Below, piece after piece: positions 23,238-35,774 of a stretch of 64,000 bases of DNA. This stretch comes from Rhina ancylostomus (lineage: Eukaryota), in the NCBI GenBank assembly GCA_030265395.1, contig JARFYF010000061.1:15183197-15247196 (forward strand). Direction: 5' to 3'. A model generated the notes under the pieces. The model did no database searches. It saw only the letters and a list, made by a program, of their open reading frames with translations, and was not told the DNA's origin. Position numbers and translations under genes: made by a program. Numbering within the stretch: the stretch's first letter is position 1; each line of letters begins with the position of its first letter.

Positions 23238-26200
23238 TCTTTGGAATTGCGGTCCTCCTCGAGGAAAGACCCTTCCTTAGTATATATTTTTAAAACACAA
23301 AAAGAGACTTTAAACAAATCTTACAAGCATTCTAAGTAACGAAGTGATAACTTCTGTGATAATTGAACCTTTTCTTGGCATTTTAATTCGTTGGGATCTG
23401 GCAGTGTTTGTAACATTTGAAGTGTCTGCAAAGAGATTTCAGACGATGTTCGACTCTGCACCTCTACAGCATTTTTTTTTCCACCAGCTTTCTCGGAACA
23501 CGAGAACAGAACTCTTTACCTGCAGATTGTATCAGAAAGCTTTGGTTGCTTTAGGAACCTACTATGTACACTATTTTAAAGATGTACAGATACATAAATT
23601 AATACAAAAATCAAAACAAATCTTCACATAAGACAAGATGAATTAAAACAAATCACAGCACACGAACATTTTTGCAAGAAATACACGCATCTTAGCAGAG
23701 AATGGCTTACCCTGTGAAAACACTATTTTTAATATAACACAAAAACCCAGTTCAATTAACAGAAAAGTTAGGTTTCCCCTCAGAACCAACAGCAACCAAC
23801 CCTGCACTACCACCTCGTCTTCAAATACTTCTTCCTCGAGCCCATCAGAGTTCTGCCAAATCTACAAAATAAATAATTATAAAGCTTTGAAGTAACGTTA
23901 ACAATTATCAAACTATTAAGTTCTGCCTTATCACATAGACTCTCTATACAACATAACCCTAAAGATTTATTACTATGAGGTATCTTGAGAAATTGATAAG
24001 GAATGCACGGCCTGCGTTGTGTGAATACTCTAGGACGCAAAAAAGAGCTTTGGTAGTCAGCAAAAAGTGGAAATATCCTTTGGTATCAAAGAAAGTTTCA
24101 TTGCATGGTTGCATGCAAAGCACCACGGTGAAAAGTTATTCCTTTTTTTAAAGTAGTGGCCTTTCTAGAGGCTGAGGTATTCAAGAGTAAGGTGAGAAGA
24201 GGTCAACAGCGGTTTAACACTTTGGTTCAAGCAAGGCACTCGTCCTATGATTTTACAAATTTTGCAATATGTTTGCCTATAGCTTTTATGAAGAAAACTT
24301 CACACTGAGTGACAGTTGAGGGTTTAAGGAAAGAACGCCGAGTAGCCCACTCACGAAGGCCGTGCAAGAAAAATCTTTGGTATTCTTTGGTATCATCAAT
24401 GTGATTAAAATCACGAATGGAAATCGAGTGAGGTAGCGTCTTTGGTTCACACTATAAATAGTAGATCTTTACACATTTTTACACGTGGAAGCAGCTATTT
24501 TACCTTTGCTTCTTTGTCTTAATAATAGTAAATGATTACCAAATGTATCGTAAAGCTAACCACACCACAAGAAACACAAGGCCAGAATATTGTTCAAATC
24601 CGGATTATTATCCATCACAATGGCCTCCTGCGTATGAACGCACCTGGCTAAATGTCACCTTTGAAAAATCACTAGTTCATTCTCTTTGTGCGAGGAGCCT
24701 CCTTTAACAAAAAAATAAAGCTAGACAGTTTCCTTTGGTCATGGTGGGAGTGAAAGGGAGGCCTGTATGGGAAGGACGTTTATAAAATTCAAGTTTATAG
24801 CGGGAATTTAACATTGGTAAAAAGTCACTCAAGGCGTGTAGAATTACGAAAACAATATCTGACAGAAATATATATTTCATATCACCGTGACTTCAAGGGT
24901 GAGTGACTGGTGCACAACGAGCAGTCAGAGAAATGATCCCAAGTCAGACTACATTTGAAACCCCAAATATATTCACAATTGTGATGTCCATTTTTAAACT
25001 CAATTATTCCCACAAATAAACACAGACATCTTTTCAGAAGAAATTCCCCAGGAATTTATCTAGCAGTTTCAAAAGGGTAGGTGTTTGGTACGAAGAGGAA
25101 TCCTTGCTCAGCGGAAATACTTTGTGACATTTTACTTTCAGGGAACGAGAGAAAGGCGAATTTCTTACATAATGCAACACACCCACCCCTCCACACCTCG
25201 TTCTGGCTGTGGCCGCATTATGTAACCTACGTTTTAATTATATCTGTATTTCGTGTGATCCGTATTCGACAGTGACTCGGTAAAACGTTGTTTTAAATCT
25301 GTCAAGCAAAATNNNNNNNNNNNNNNNNNNNNNNNNNNNNNNNNNNNNNNNNNNNNNNNNNNNNNNNNNNNNNNNNNNNNNNNNNNNGGGTGGTTGACTT
25401 GAAACGATCGTTGTTACAATGAATAGATTTATTCAATGCTCGACAATCATTTATGCAAGACTCGTGTCATTTACTTTTCTCAGAAATGTCATGAAAGGGT
25501 CGTGGCAGAATAAAGCACTATCGCGAGTAGTAGGTTTGTTAAGTCCAGTTAGACGTTAAGAGGCCGTTCCTCTTCCAGATCTTCGGCTGACTTTTTCTTC
25601 GAGCATACCTACTCCCCGCCCGAGGTACAGGTGTTCAATCATAAGACATGATATTATGTGTGTCGTGTGTCGTGTCGTTGACCCCATGAGATTGCTCCCC
25701 AGGTATCTTGTTGATACCTTGGCCCACCTCATCTGATGGCATGGATATGTGATAAGGTATCCCGAAGACGGATACTAATACAATTGATCGGTGTAAAACC
25801 AAAATGGACTAGTTTTGCATTGTAGCTCGCCGACAAGTGCAATGTTCCTGAATAAAGAGTTATCTTTGGTTCTTTAGCAGAATTTTTTAAAGCACAAAGG
25901 GTAATATGTAACTGCAACTGGGTGACTGAAATGTTGCAACCTGTCAAGAATAAGTCATATCTTGACTGAAACCTGAAACATACTCTTCAGTAGCCCAGAT
26001 TTGTATTCTACAGAGTTCCATCTCTGTTGTGTTTCACTATGGAAAACTAACCTGAATCATATAACAACTTTTGGTGTTAACAGCACCGAGCAGTAAAGTG
26101 CCTCCCTTTTCACTGGTGCATCCAACCAGATGGCTTTACTGTCAGCATTTGGTCATTGGAACTTAGGAAAAGCAATGCTTCTACAGTACTGACTTCCCAG

Positions 26201-27582
26201 CCTTGTGCGCTCTACTTTCCCCGGTCCATGCAGACCATTGTGTGCAGATTTACTTCCATAAGGGACAAGAATCTAAACTCGCTTTGAAACTTGTAATGTT
26301 GACCAATAATTTACATAATTTCGCATACTCCATAATGTATATTTAATGAAAGGGAGTTTGTAGTTTTTAAAAAAGTTGTTCGTTTTAGAGTTGACTGACC
26401 AATAGATTAAACAGAGCATATAAATTATTATTTTTCTAACATATAAGGTGGGGTAACTTTTTTTAAAGAATTGTGTTATAATATTCATTTTGTAGGCCGC
26501 AGGGTATTGTAATATACATTGCATGGTACTAAAGCAGTTTAATAAATTTACCCTGAAGCATATAGGGCAGTCGCAATGGTCTGCGGCACTCTTTAATATG
26601 TGATTCTTGTGTTAAACCTAGGCGAATTTGATATTGCTGTTACTTGTGTAAGTACAGGCTGGTACACCTGACAGATGTGTCGGCAACAGCCTGCGGCATT
26701 GATAACTGATTTGTTGTATCCCTGTGTTCAGTGGAGTATTCATTCAATTAGCATGTTTGACAATGCTATCCCCAAATGGAAGCATCCTTCGTTGCTTCCT
26801 TGCCTCTGCAGCAAAGTGGATAGCAAGGAACAGGGATAAAGTGAGTGATTCCCATCTGATTCTGCGGTTACTGCCACTGGAAAGAAAACGTTTGCCAATA
26901 AAATGCCATATCATTAATTTGGTGTGCAAAATATATTCGAATAGAAAATAGTAAGTGGTGTATTTCATCGCAGATGAACGAAGCTCCCAGTACAACTAAT
27001 ATTTGTGCTTCTGGCGAAATCTCCCTGTCATTTATCCCGCTCTTTGTTATCCAACAGAGTTTTCATCTGCAATACTGGGGTTGGTGTTATAGAATGGGTT
27101 TTTGTTTTGGTCATTAGCTGTTGCATTTCCTCGGCCTGTGATACAAAGAGAATGTACTAGTGTGAGGTGACAGAACAGCTCTCACATCGTTGAACTGTGC
27201 CCAGAATTGGAGCTTTCGCGTTCAACCAGCAAAGAGCTCGAATTCAATCACATTCCAAATGTACACAGAACGACTCCACAATTGTAAGGGTCGTGCCTGA
27301 GCACAACCCACAGACCAGCCCCTTGCAAAGTTTTCTGGCCACTGGCACGTACACGGGTATTTCTACAACATACACCTTGGATGGTATATCCGAGGAAGTG
27401 AAATGGGTCAATGTTTGAAATAAAAGTTCTTTTCATGACGATGCTCCCAACGACTTTACAGCCACACACACTGAACGATGATGGATGACGAAAGTGTACG
27501 GCCAGCGGCTTCATTTTTTTGCAAAAGTCATAATAAAGTGTTGTCGAACGGAGTCCTAATGCAGGTCAATTAAGTCTTTGGT
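23238..27582 (-). promoter_or_regulatory. miR-9-5p seed-site array in the 3'UTR
   Basis: Plus-strand TCTTTGGT (mRNA 8mer ACCAAAGA) at 24374, 24384, 24439, 25863, 27575; CTTTGGT (7mer-m8) at 23540, 24048, 24078, 24220, 24733; TCTTTGG (7mer-A1) at 23238. Confidence 0.8.
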
Positions 27583-27699
27583 TTCGTTGGGCATATAAAT
27601 ATTATATTGTCTTTGAGTTCATTAATTAAACCTGCTGCCTGGAGGTCCTGGTCATTGATTTTAAAGCTATTCCACCGAGGTTTAGTCCGGGGTTCTCCT

Positions 27700-27992
27700 T
27701 CATGCTTTGGTACAAGTGCTTGATGAGGAAGATGAGTTGACTGGGTTGGAGGTGCCGTCATCCTGCCACTTATCCAAACTCCTCCGACGTGCGTTCATAA
27801 AGAAATTGCTGACGGTGCTCAGCTCCAAGCCCAGCTGCTGGGAAATGGTTATTTGCAATTCTTTGGACGGACGCTTGTTTTCTTTGAATATTGCGTGTAG
27901 AGTTCTGCGCTGAACATCCGTGAACACCAGCCGAGGTTTCTTGGGCGCGGCGCCCCTCTCTTTACCATGCTCCTGCTCTTTTCTTTTACACG
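27700..27992 (-). CDS. ONECUT1: ONECUT1/HNF6 coding exon 2 (linker, homeodomain, Ser-rich C-terminus)
   Basis: Acceptor tctttgtcttgcag| at 27993; encodes (A)CKRKEQEHGKERGAAPKKPRLVFTDVQRRTLHAIFKENKRPSKELQITISQQLGLELSTVSNFFMNARRRSLDKWQD..SSSSSSTCTKA-TGA; F48/M50 Onecut homeodomain; phase matches exon 1. Confidence 0.97.
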
Positions 27993-30900
27993 CTGCAAGA
28001 CAAAGACGTAATATTAATCGATACCCACTCACAACGCCGGAGAAAATACCAGACAACGCCAAGGTGAGAAACAGATGCAACGATCTAAAACAAAGACCGG
28101 GCTGCATTATTTGGACCAGACTTTCTTAGTTTTCAAATAAGATCCCAATTAGTCATTTAACGATTGGAGATTTCATTCACAAGGAGCTATTTGTCAATTT
28201 CGGGTCGATGACTGACAACAATTTAAATGTAACCACTTGTGCGTGATTGGGGTTATTGACTACAAGCAAGTCACCGCCAAAAGAGGTCTCCGGAGCAACA
28301 TTTAAATATCTTTATACATGTGTCCAAATCAAAATATTCTCAACATGAGATGAAACATTAAAAAAAACATTAACGAGGAACAAACGTCATATCAGGCCAA
28401 CCAACTCGTTCTCATTGTTAACTCTGCAGTTATTTTCTGTGTTACCTTGTCTAGAACCATCTGACTCCAAGTCCACGTCCACTTCTTCGGTTCTCTCCCT
28501 ATCCAGGAATTCGCCCAACTCTCTCGAGTAAAGCTGCCAGGTTGTGGGTGCCCTGTACCTGGCATCATTTTGTCTCCCAATCTGGCTCCCTTTATGTGTA
28601 AAAACAAACGGACGCCGGAATTTGATTTGAGGGTGGATAGATTTTGTTTGTTTGTTGTTGTTGTTGTTGTATGGTGAAATAAACCAACTGGTCAGAGCCG
28701 ATGAAGATTCGGAAAGTGTGTGCGCACACGATTAGATTCCTCAAGACGCGAGATGAAATTCAACTATGAATCAGTAGATGGCGCAGTTCTAACTAACTTT
28801 AAATCTTGTGACTACTCTGAAAATGAACTACATACAAGGTATTAGAGACAAATTCTCCATTGACTTGATAAACACAATTGTTTCCTGCAAATTGAGATCA
28901 ACGCCTTAAAAAGAGCGTTATTAACTAGCGAACTAAATGAAATGTTATCTTTATAGTTTCTGTNNNNNNNNNNNNNNNNNNNNNNNNNNNNNNNNNNNNN
29001 NNNTTATAAATATAATACGCCGAAACACAATTTTGTAAACATTTAAATCCCACAATAGGCAGTTCGCTCAGTGACACTGCAGAGATCTTTTCAAATTGAT
29101 GCAAATTTCCTTCGATTTCAACCTTTGTGCCTTGATGTAAACACCACAATCACTCTCGTTTTGGCTGCATTATTTTTCTTTAAAATCCACATTACTTAAT
29201 TAAACGCTTTCGGTTGTCAACGACTACAGTGCAAAATTGAGCTGTGGCTGTCCAATGAAATATGCTTCANNNNNNNNNNGGTCAACAGTCTCATCTCGGG
29301 AGGTAAAAGACTCATTCCACGCGGAGAGACACCTAACCTGCAGCCCAAGATAAAGATAGAGCTGTCAGATGTCATTTATCATGTAAATAACCGGGGGGGG
29401 GGGAGGGAATATCGATCAAAATTGCAACTTAAGGTCGTCGTTTTAAATAGGATGTGAACTTTCAAAAACAATATTTGGGGTATTGGAAGGGGCGGAACGA
29501 AGCCGCGGAACTGTCCGTGGTGCTGAACGCAATCTGCCCGCGATGCCTCGGGGAGATCTCGAATCAGCAATGCTTCTGTTCCCGGTCCATTTTAATCCTT
29601 TAAAAAACATTCTCGGATTGTAAAATTAAACATTCTACGGGATTGCAATCTACATTTTAGTTAAAGCAATAATCCATTTAACCTCTATTTCCACAGAATG
29701 TTTTCAAAATAGAGTCACCTAAATTGCATTTAATCTCTGCCGACTGTAACTCGGACAAGACCGTTTTGAAATCATGCTGGAATTGGCTATCAGAGATGCG
29801 TTGAGTAATCCATTATTATGCATTGCCCGATTTCCCTGGATTGCAGCCTCTAACCAACATCTTGTTTTGAATCCTTGTGCTAAATTACCTCACAGCCCAC
29901 TGCTGTAAACGTAGGTGTTTACATCTATAAATATTTATTCAGTTCTGACGTAAGGAGCCGAAGCTGCGGAATCAACCAGATGGTGGCGCACTGGTCCTTT
30001 GGAATAATTCGACGGTGACGAAAAATCTTTAAAGATTCTGATTAGTTTTAACGCATAAATACTCCATGTATGTCTACCACATTGCTACGTTTTGTACTAC
30101 GAAGCAGGACGGAGAGAATAGCTTTAAAATCGTTTTACAAATAAGGCAGAAATACGCCATTTCTCCTATTTTACATTGTGAAATTAGTTTTATTTGAAAA
30201 GACTAAAAGGATAAATTGAAAGTTTTTTTTCCTATTTACCATTGGAATATTTTAATCTCAGGGATTTAAGCAAGGACATATGGCATTTTTATCCACTAAG
30301 CACACGCGTTTAATTACTCAATAACTGAATAGAATAGTGAGCAGCGAAGGAAGATCTCCTTTGTTAATTCGTTGTTGTTTTCTTTCTAATTTGAGAATAA
30401 ACTGATCAACGTAATTGCCATGGATATATCCACTGAGTATCTCTGGTCACAACCAGTAGCAAGGTGCCCGGAATAATAATGGAGCAAATTAAAACAAACT
30501 CCCGCTGAAAAGCCTTGAGTGCAAGCTGTGCCAATTTCACTGCTGCCACAGGGCGTCCCCCTTTGCCTCCCTTTAATTGCTCCCACGTCATTTGACTTAA
30601 ATCAATCACTTCACTCAAATTAGATATAGGCAGATAACACTTTAAACTTCATCATTTAACTATTAATTACAATTGTCGTCATCTTTGTAAGTGCAAAAGG
30701 CTATCAATTTTGCTTTTAATTATTTACTGAAACCTAATCGAGACGAAATTGTTGCACAAATGGGCACGGGATGAACCAACAATAGCCTGTAATTCTATTC
30801 CAAAACCACCAGTTTGGCAGTGCGTTTTGGTTGTAATATTACTGAACTCCACAAACACTAGCTGAAAGTCTGTATGTGCAGTATTCCTTCTCTGTACAAC

Positions 30901-33900
30901 GACAGGCAATCTTATACTATGGACAATGAAAGAACTGAACTCCAGCATTCTTAGCACAAGACTAAAGGTTAAATATTTCAAAAACTGTGCTGTATTTAAA
31001 AAAAATCATTAATATCCTTAAATAGGCGATTGTGTTACCAGCCCAAATATCAGTAACATCGTTTTAATGCTGGTAAATGCCTTCAATTTAGACAAACATT
31101 AACAGAAAACAAATGTGGTTGGATATTAGCTAGTTATAAATCAATGAGGTTACAAGGACACTGTCAAGCAAAATCAGGAAATGTCACAGGTGTAGAACTT
31201 TCCCAGAGTCCAAGCATTTAGCCTAAAATATTCCATAACTCGTATCACTTCCCTTATCTTTACAATGCAAACAAGCAAATAGCGTGTACCGTTGCAAACT
31301 ATGGAAACCAGTGTTTTCAAATGGAACTAAGTTTATGAGAACCCAAAAGCTTCCATCGAAATGAGGCTCTTCCGATCACACAAAGAAGCTTGCCATACTC
31401 CAGGAGTTGCCGGAGTGTTCTCGGCTCAACAAAGCCCAGAAGTGCACATCTGTACACTTCCACAGAAGGGGATTTCTAGGTCAGAATTTTAATTAAATAA
31501 TTAATCACAAGAGACCTTTCTGGAAAGTACATCCTATAATTCTTGGAACATATCAAGGCCTTGTTAGAAGAGACAGCTGAAATAATTAACAATTTCAGGT
31601 TTCCAAGCAACGAAACATAAAATGTATAAAACATACCTCAAGGAAATTATTCACAGTATAATGAATGTTTCTCTATTTAATTTTAGCATTTAAAAGTACG
31701 GCGATGACCTTTCCTCATGTCACCTATATTCTAGTTTGTCTAATTGGGGCCCAGAAGCAAACAAAAATAATGAATTTCCAATATCATCGATGATCACTCG
31801 TATTACTGCGTGTGCAAAGGCACCGACTGTTGTGAAATTTCGCGTATAATCGCCAAATTTATATTGTATAATGTTATTTTGACAGCTTCGAAATACAGTT
31901 TTTGATCTACATAAGCGGCACAAGAACACATCTTCCAAACGTTGGAATAAACATGTGCTCCGGTTCATTGCTATTGGAATTTACGCCAACCACATTCTGC
32001 GCGTTAACTCGTTTTTGCGTCTGTAAATGATTGTTTGGAATCAACTACTTGTAGGGAAGGCGATGATAAGACAAAGAGAATGCTGACAACTGTTGTTATC
32101 ACTTGCAGAAATAGCTGTCTCTTTTCATAAACTAGAAATGTTTACAATTTCAGTCTTAAATGAATATACGCCTTAAACCCTTGACATTCGCTCGTCTCGC
32201 TGTTACATGGTTCACAACTGAAGAACAGCTATGCTAATATATTCACAAAATACCGATTCAGAAGCCTATTTGCATGCGCAGGCCTGTTGATATCATTTAG
32301 CTGCAGTTTTTGATACGTAAAGTGACTTCAACAGATTCCTATATACCTGGTTTAAGTACATTTCCTCCTACTGGAGATGCCGCCATTCCCAATTACACCA
32401 GGGTGCAAAACATCAACACTCACGGGAAGAAATAGATATCAATGGTCCCCTAATTTGCCTTTGGAGGTGCAACCAGTGGGCGTTGTTGAACGGTACTCAT
32501 TTGAATCGAATTAACTCATTTGGATGTAATGTTAAAAATATGCGCTGTCACGTTAGTGGCTTTACGCGGAGACAGTCCAGAATTTTGATTATTTTTTTAA
32601 TTCTTTCAACCTAAGTGGCATCCTTTACATTCTTACTGTTTAATTGAATATTATTGCCAGATTACTGATCCTATGTTACACTTTCCCACAAGTGAAATTC
32701 TCAAGAGATTCTTTATCTCTATATTTAAATGGCAATGCATACAATACAGATTAAAATCTACATACTGATACAGTGGGGAAAGAGAATTCATTTTGAACAA
32801 AGTATACAGTAATGTTGTAGAGTTAATTGCTATACTGTTGCCGCCCCTGTCAGCAACTACCGACTACATGAGTCAGTCTCTGCTGATGGGGCCATTTAAA
32901 GTCTGTTGCCAATATCTCCGAAACCTGTTACCACCACCGAACGACCAAAAAAGCTTTTTGTTGACTTTTTTCCCCAAATACCAGGACCGAGATCACCTCC
33001 CAGTCTGAAAATTAATATTTTATAATTACGGCGCGTTCAAGATTTGTACTATGCCATTTAATTTGTCTATCTAAATGTGTAACCAAGCGCTAATTAACCC
33101 ATCGCCCCCTTTAAAATGCAAGGCACCAAATAAAAATATAGCTTTAAAAATTGTTCAGTGACAGTTATTAAATTACATGTGTATAAAATAGGAAAATCTG
33201 GATTATATACGACAAGGAAAGAACAAAATGGAGTGTGAAGAGGTCACCCTTGCAATTAGTATTTTCTGCTTGCATTTGAAGATAGTACAGGAAGTGTCAA
33301 GACCTCAATATTCCTTACATGTAACTACCAATTTTGAGACTGTTTGCGGGAGGTTCAATGTAATCTCGGTACTAGAAATCCCCCAGGGATTCGCGGGAAG
33401 AGGCAAACACAGGAGGCGAGCTCGACCAAGCAAGAAGGGAATTGGATGAATAACACATTTCACTTAGTCAATGGAATTTGTTTCGACCTCGTCATGCAAG
33501 GACTTTTTTTTAAAAAGTGTCTTATATGAAACAACGAAACTCGATGTTCATCAGGTACAGATTGGTAAAAAAAAGAAAGCATCCGGATTAACTGTAGCCA
33601 AATGATCACTCGCTTACAATAAACTGTAAAGGTCCAGCGTGTCCATTCCCCCAAAGATTGAAACATAGCAAGAAGGCATTCAAGTTAACGAAACATTTTC
33701 ACTACCCCTAATATCTGACACAATTGTCTGTTGTGGGATTTTATGCCAATTATTTATCAGGATAAAAAAAATCGGAATTTGGTTTGTTTAAATTATTCCT
33801 GCGGGTTATTGTATAATTTGTTCAGACAGATACTTCTTTCATTTTGTGTTTAAACGAGGGCCTGAGTTGTTCAGTGTGAAAGAATAAATAATAAATGAAT

Positions 33901-35774
33901 TGACTGAATAATAGATCACAGGTTAGGACACGTTTAGATAGCTTTCCATCAGGTTGTTATGTTTAGCAGCTATAAATATAACGGCTCAACGTAAACATTT
34001 ATTACTTAATAGACACCTAAAAATCGCAATGTCAGAGGTATTGCAGCTACCACAGCAACCTCTTTTGAACGCCACGATGAACTGAAATAAATGCATATTA
34101 ATAAGGTAAAGAGAACAGTTGTGGTTAAAGAAGTGATTAGCAATCCAAATCAGTGTGTGGGTATTTTCTGTTGAAATGGAGACGTGACCTGTTCCAACAT
34201 CAGCCAACCCGCCTTGGCTGCGTTTACCTTCCGATAACACCCATAAGACTCTACAACATTTTCTAATTCAAGTGGTTGTTTCCAGTATCGATCCATGCAA
34301 ATAAATGTAGACTGAGGTCGACAAAATTGTCGTAAAAATACACTCAAGGCAGCGTCTAAAAATCGAACAATACGAATGTTATCAATCGTTCGATGGAGAT
34401 TTCTTGACTAGTTATTTACTCAAGCGTACGCATGCTCTCACAGCAATTGAATTTGGATTTAAATTATAGAACACAAAGAGCTCGGGGTAGATCATTTAAA
34501 TATATGTACACGACACCTCTGCTTTGAGTAAGCTACATTTTAAAGGGGAATTTTCAAATGGTTTATTCTGTCAACTTGATTTCATACAGAAGCAATTCAG
34601 AATGTTGCTCGATATTATTCAACAAATCTCTGCTTTTTGACGAGGCTGGACTATTACTTTCAAAATAAAATATATTTTCAGGTGAAACCTCAGGCTGTTT
34701 GTAACACTTTGAACAATTCCCAAAATAAGCGATAACCAGGCGACTGATGTGCTTTAAAACCAAAACAACATTTCCTGTACACTTTACAGCTGGGGTTTGG
34801 AGAGATTGTGCGCATTAATTGCTTTCTCGTTTTATATAAACGTGCTTCTTTACAGAAATGTCACACATACGCGAACAAATACAAAAACAGCCTTCCTTTG
34901 TGCACTTAGATCTAAATTAAAATTGCCCGCAAGTGCACGTCAGAGTCTGTGTGAAACGGATCACTGCTCCTGACTCTGGCTCAGATTGACTGTCTTTCGT
35001 TCTCTTGGGAAAAATTAATAGAGACCTATCAGTTAATTAACAAAGCCTCACGCAGGGCCACACCGAGAGAACAAACCCAGACTTCCCTCACTTGCTACAA
35101 CACAATCAAAAAGTTAGGCAAAGTAACAACTCGTCTTTTGTTTTCTAAATCTGTCGCGACAAACCTCATGCTCAGTAAAATTGTAGGGGTCGAAATGAGG
35201 CCAATTAAAATCACGCTTGGCTTCATTGTCAATCCAGAACGTGCAAGAATAGTTAGTAATTTACTTTCACTGGCTTTAAAGAAGAATATTTGGCCACCGG
35301 TCTCTCCTGGATACCGGTTTAACTTCACACCGTTACTGTAAGGGGAGCTGTTCGTTGTCAAAGGCACTTGGATCAAACCGTTGCCCTGAAAGTAACCAAG
35401 TCACAAATATGAGGTTACATTTTGCGAGACGTTTCTCATTCTGCAGCAGACAAATCGGCTGCGGTGCAGAGACCATCGGGTTTGTACAGTTGGACACCAG
35501 ACACCGGTGTAGACAGGGCCAGGTCGCCGCTCTAACTGCAACCATATATTAAAGAGAATGCTACCAGGGTGGAGTGAGAACGGGAGGCTTTTCTGGGTTG
35601 GGATCCGGCAAGTTTCAGGTACAAACAGGACAGATCCTAAAGGACCGTTTTGTTTAACCGGGCTGGGATTCTGGATCACTGTATCCTTCCCCGGTTGAAT
35701 GTATTTACTGAGACCATCGCTGTGTGGCCGCGGGACCCAGCACAAGCCCCAATGAAACGGCGAGCTCTGCTTAC
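27993..35774 (-). other. ONECUT1 intron (7782 bp, GT-AG, phase 1)
   Basis: Donor CAG|GTAAGC at 35775/35774 and acceptor TTGCAG| at 27993; the join gives RLA-A-CKRKEQ as in vertebrate ONECUT1. Confidence 0.95.

Larger units (their letters stand above)
21590..27699 (-). other. Inferred long 3'UTR of ONECUT1 (~5-6 kb)
   Basis: Repeat-free sequence directly after the stop codon, with sense-strand miRNA seed sites and candidate polyA signals at 25428, 22875 and 21611. Confidence 0.6.

Noticed and set aside
23944-23982. ctatacaa and tgaggta close together, suggesting a let-7 precursor
   Set aside because: The order is wrong for a let-7 hairpin and no full mature sequence is present; treated only as a seed site.
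27993-28107. N-terminal extension of ORF 27700-28107, or an HNF6-beta-like linker insertion via the upstream acceptor ctttgttttag at 28085
   Set aside because: The extension is intronic. The upstream AG would add 92 nt, which shifts the frame. No beta-type insert was recognisable.
29972-29990. CTCF-like motifs (also near 26121 and 58208)
   Set aside because: Only partial matches to the core consensus; cannot be supported without a PWM scan or ChIP data.
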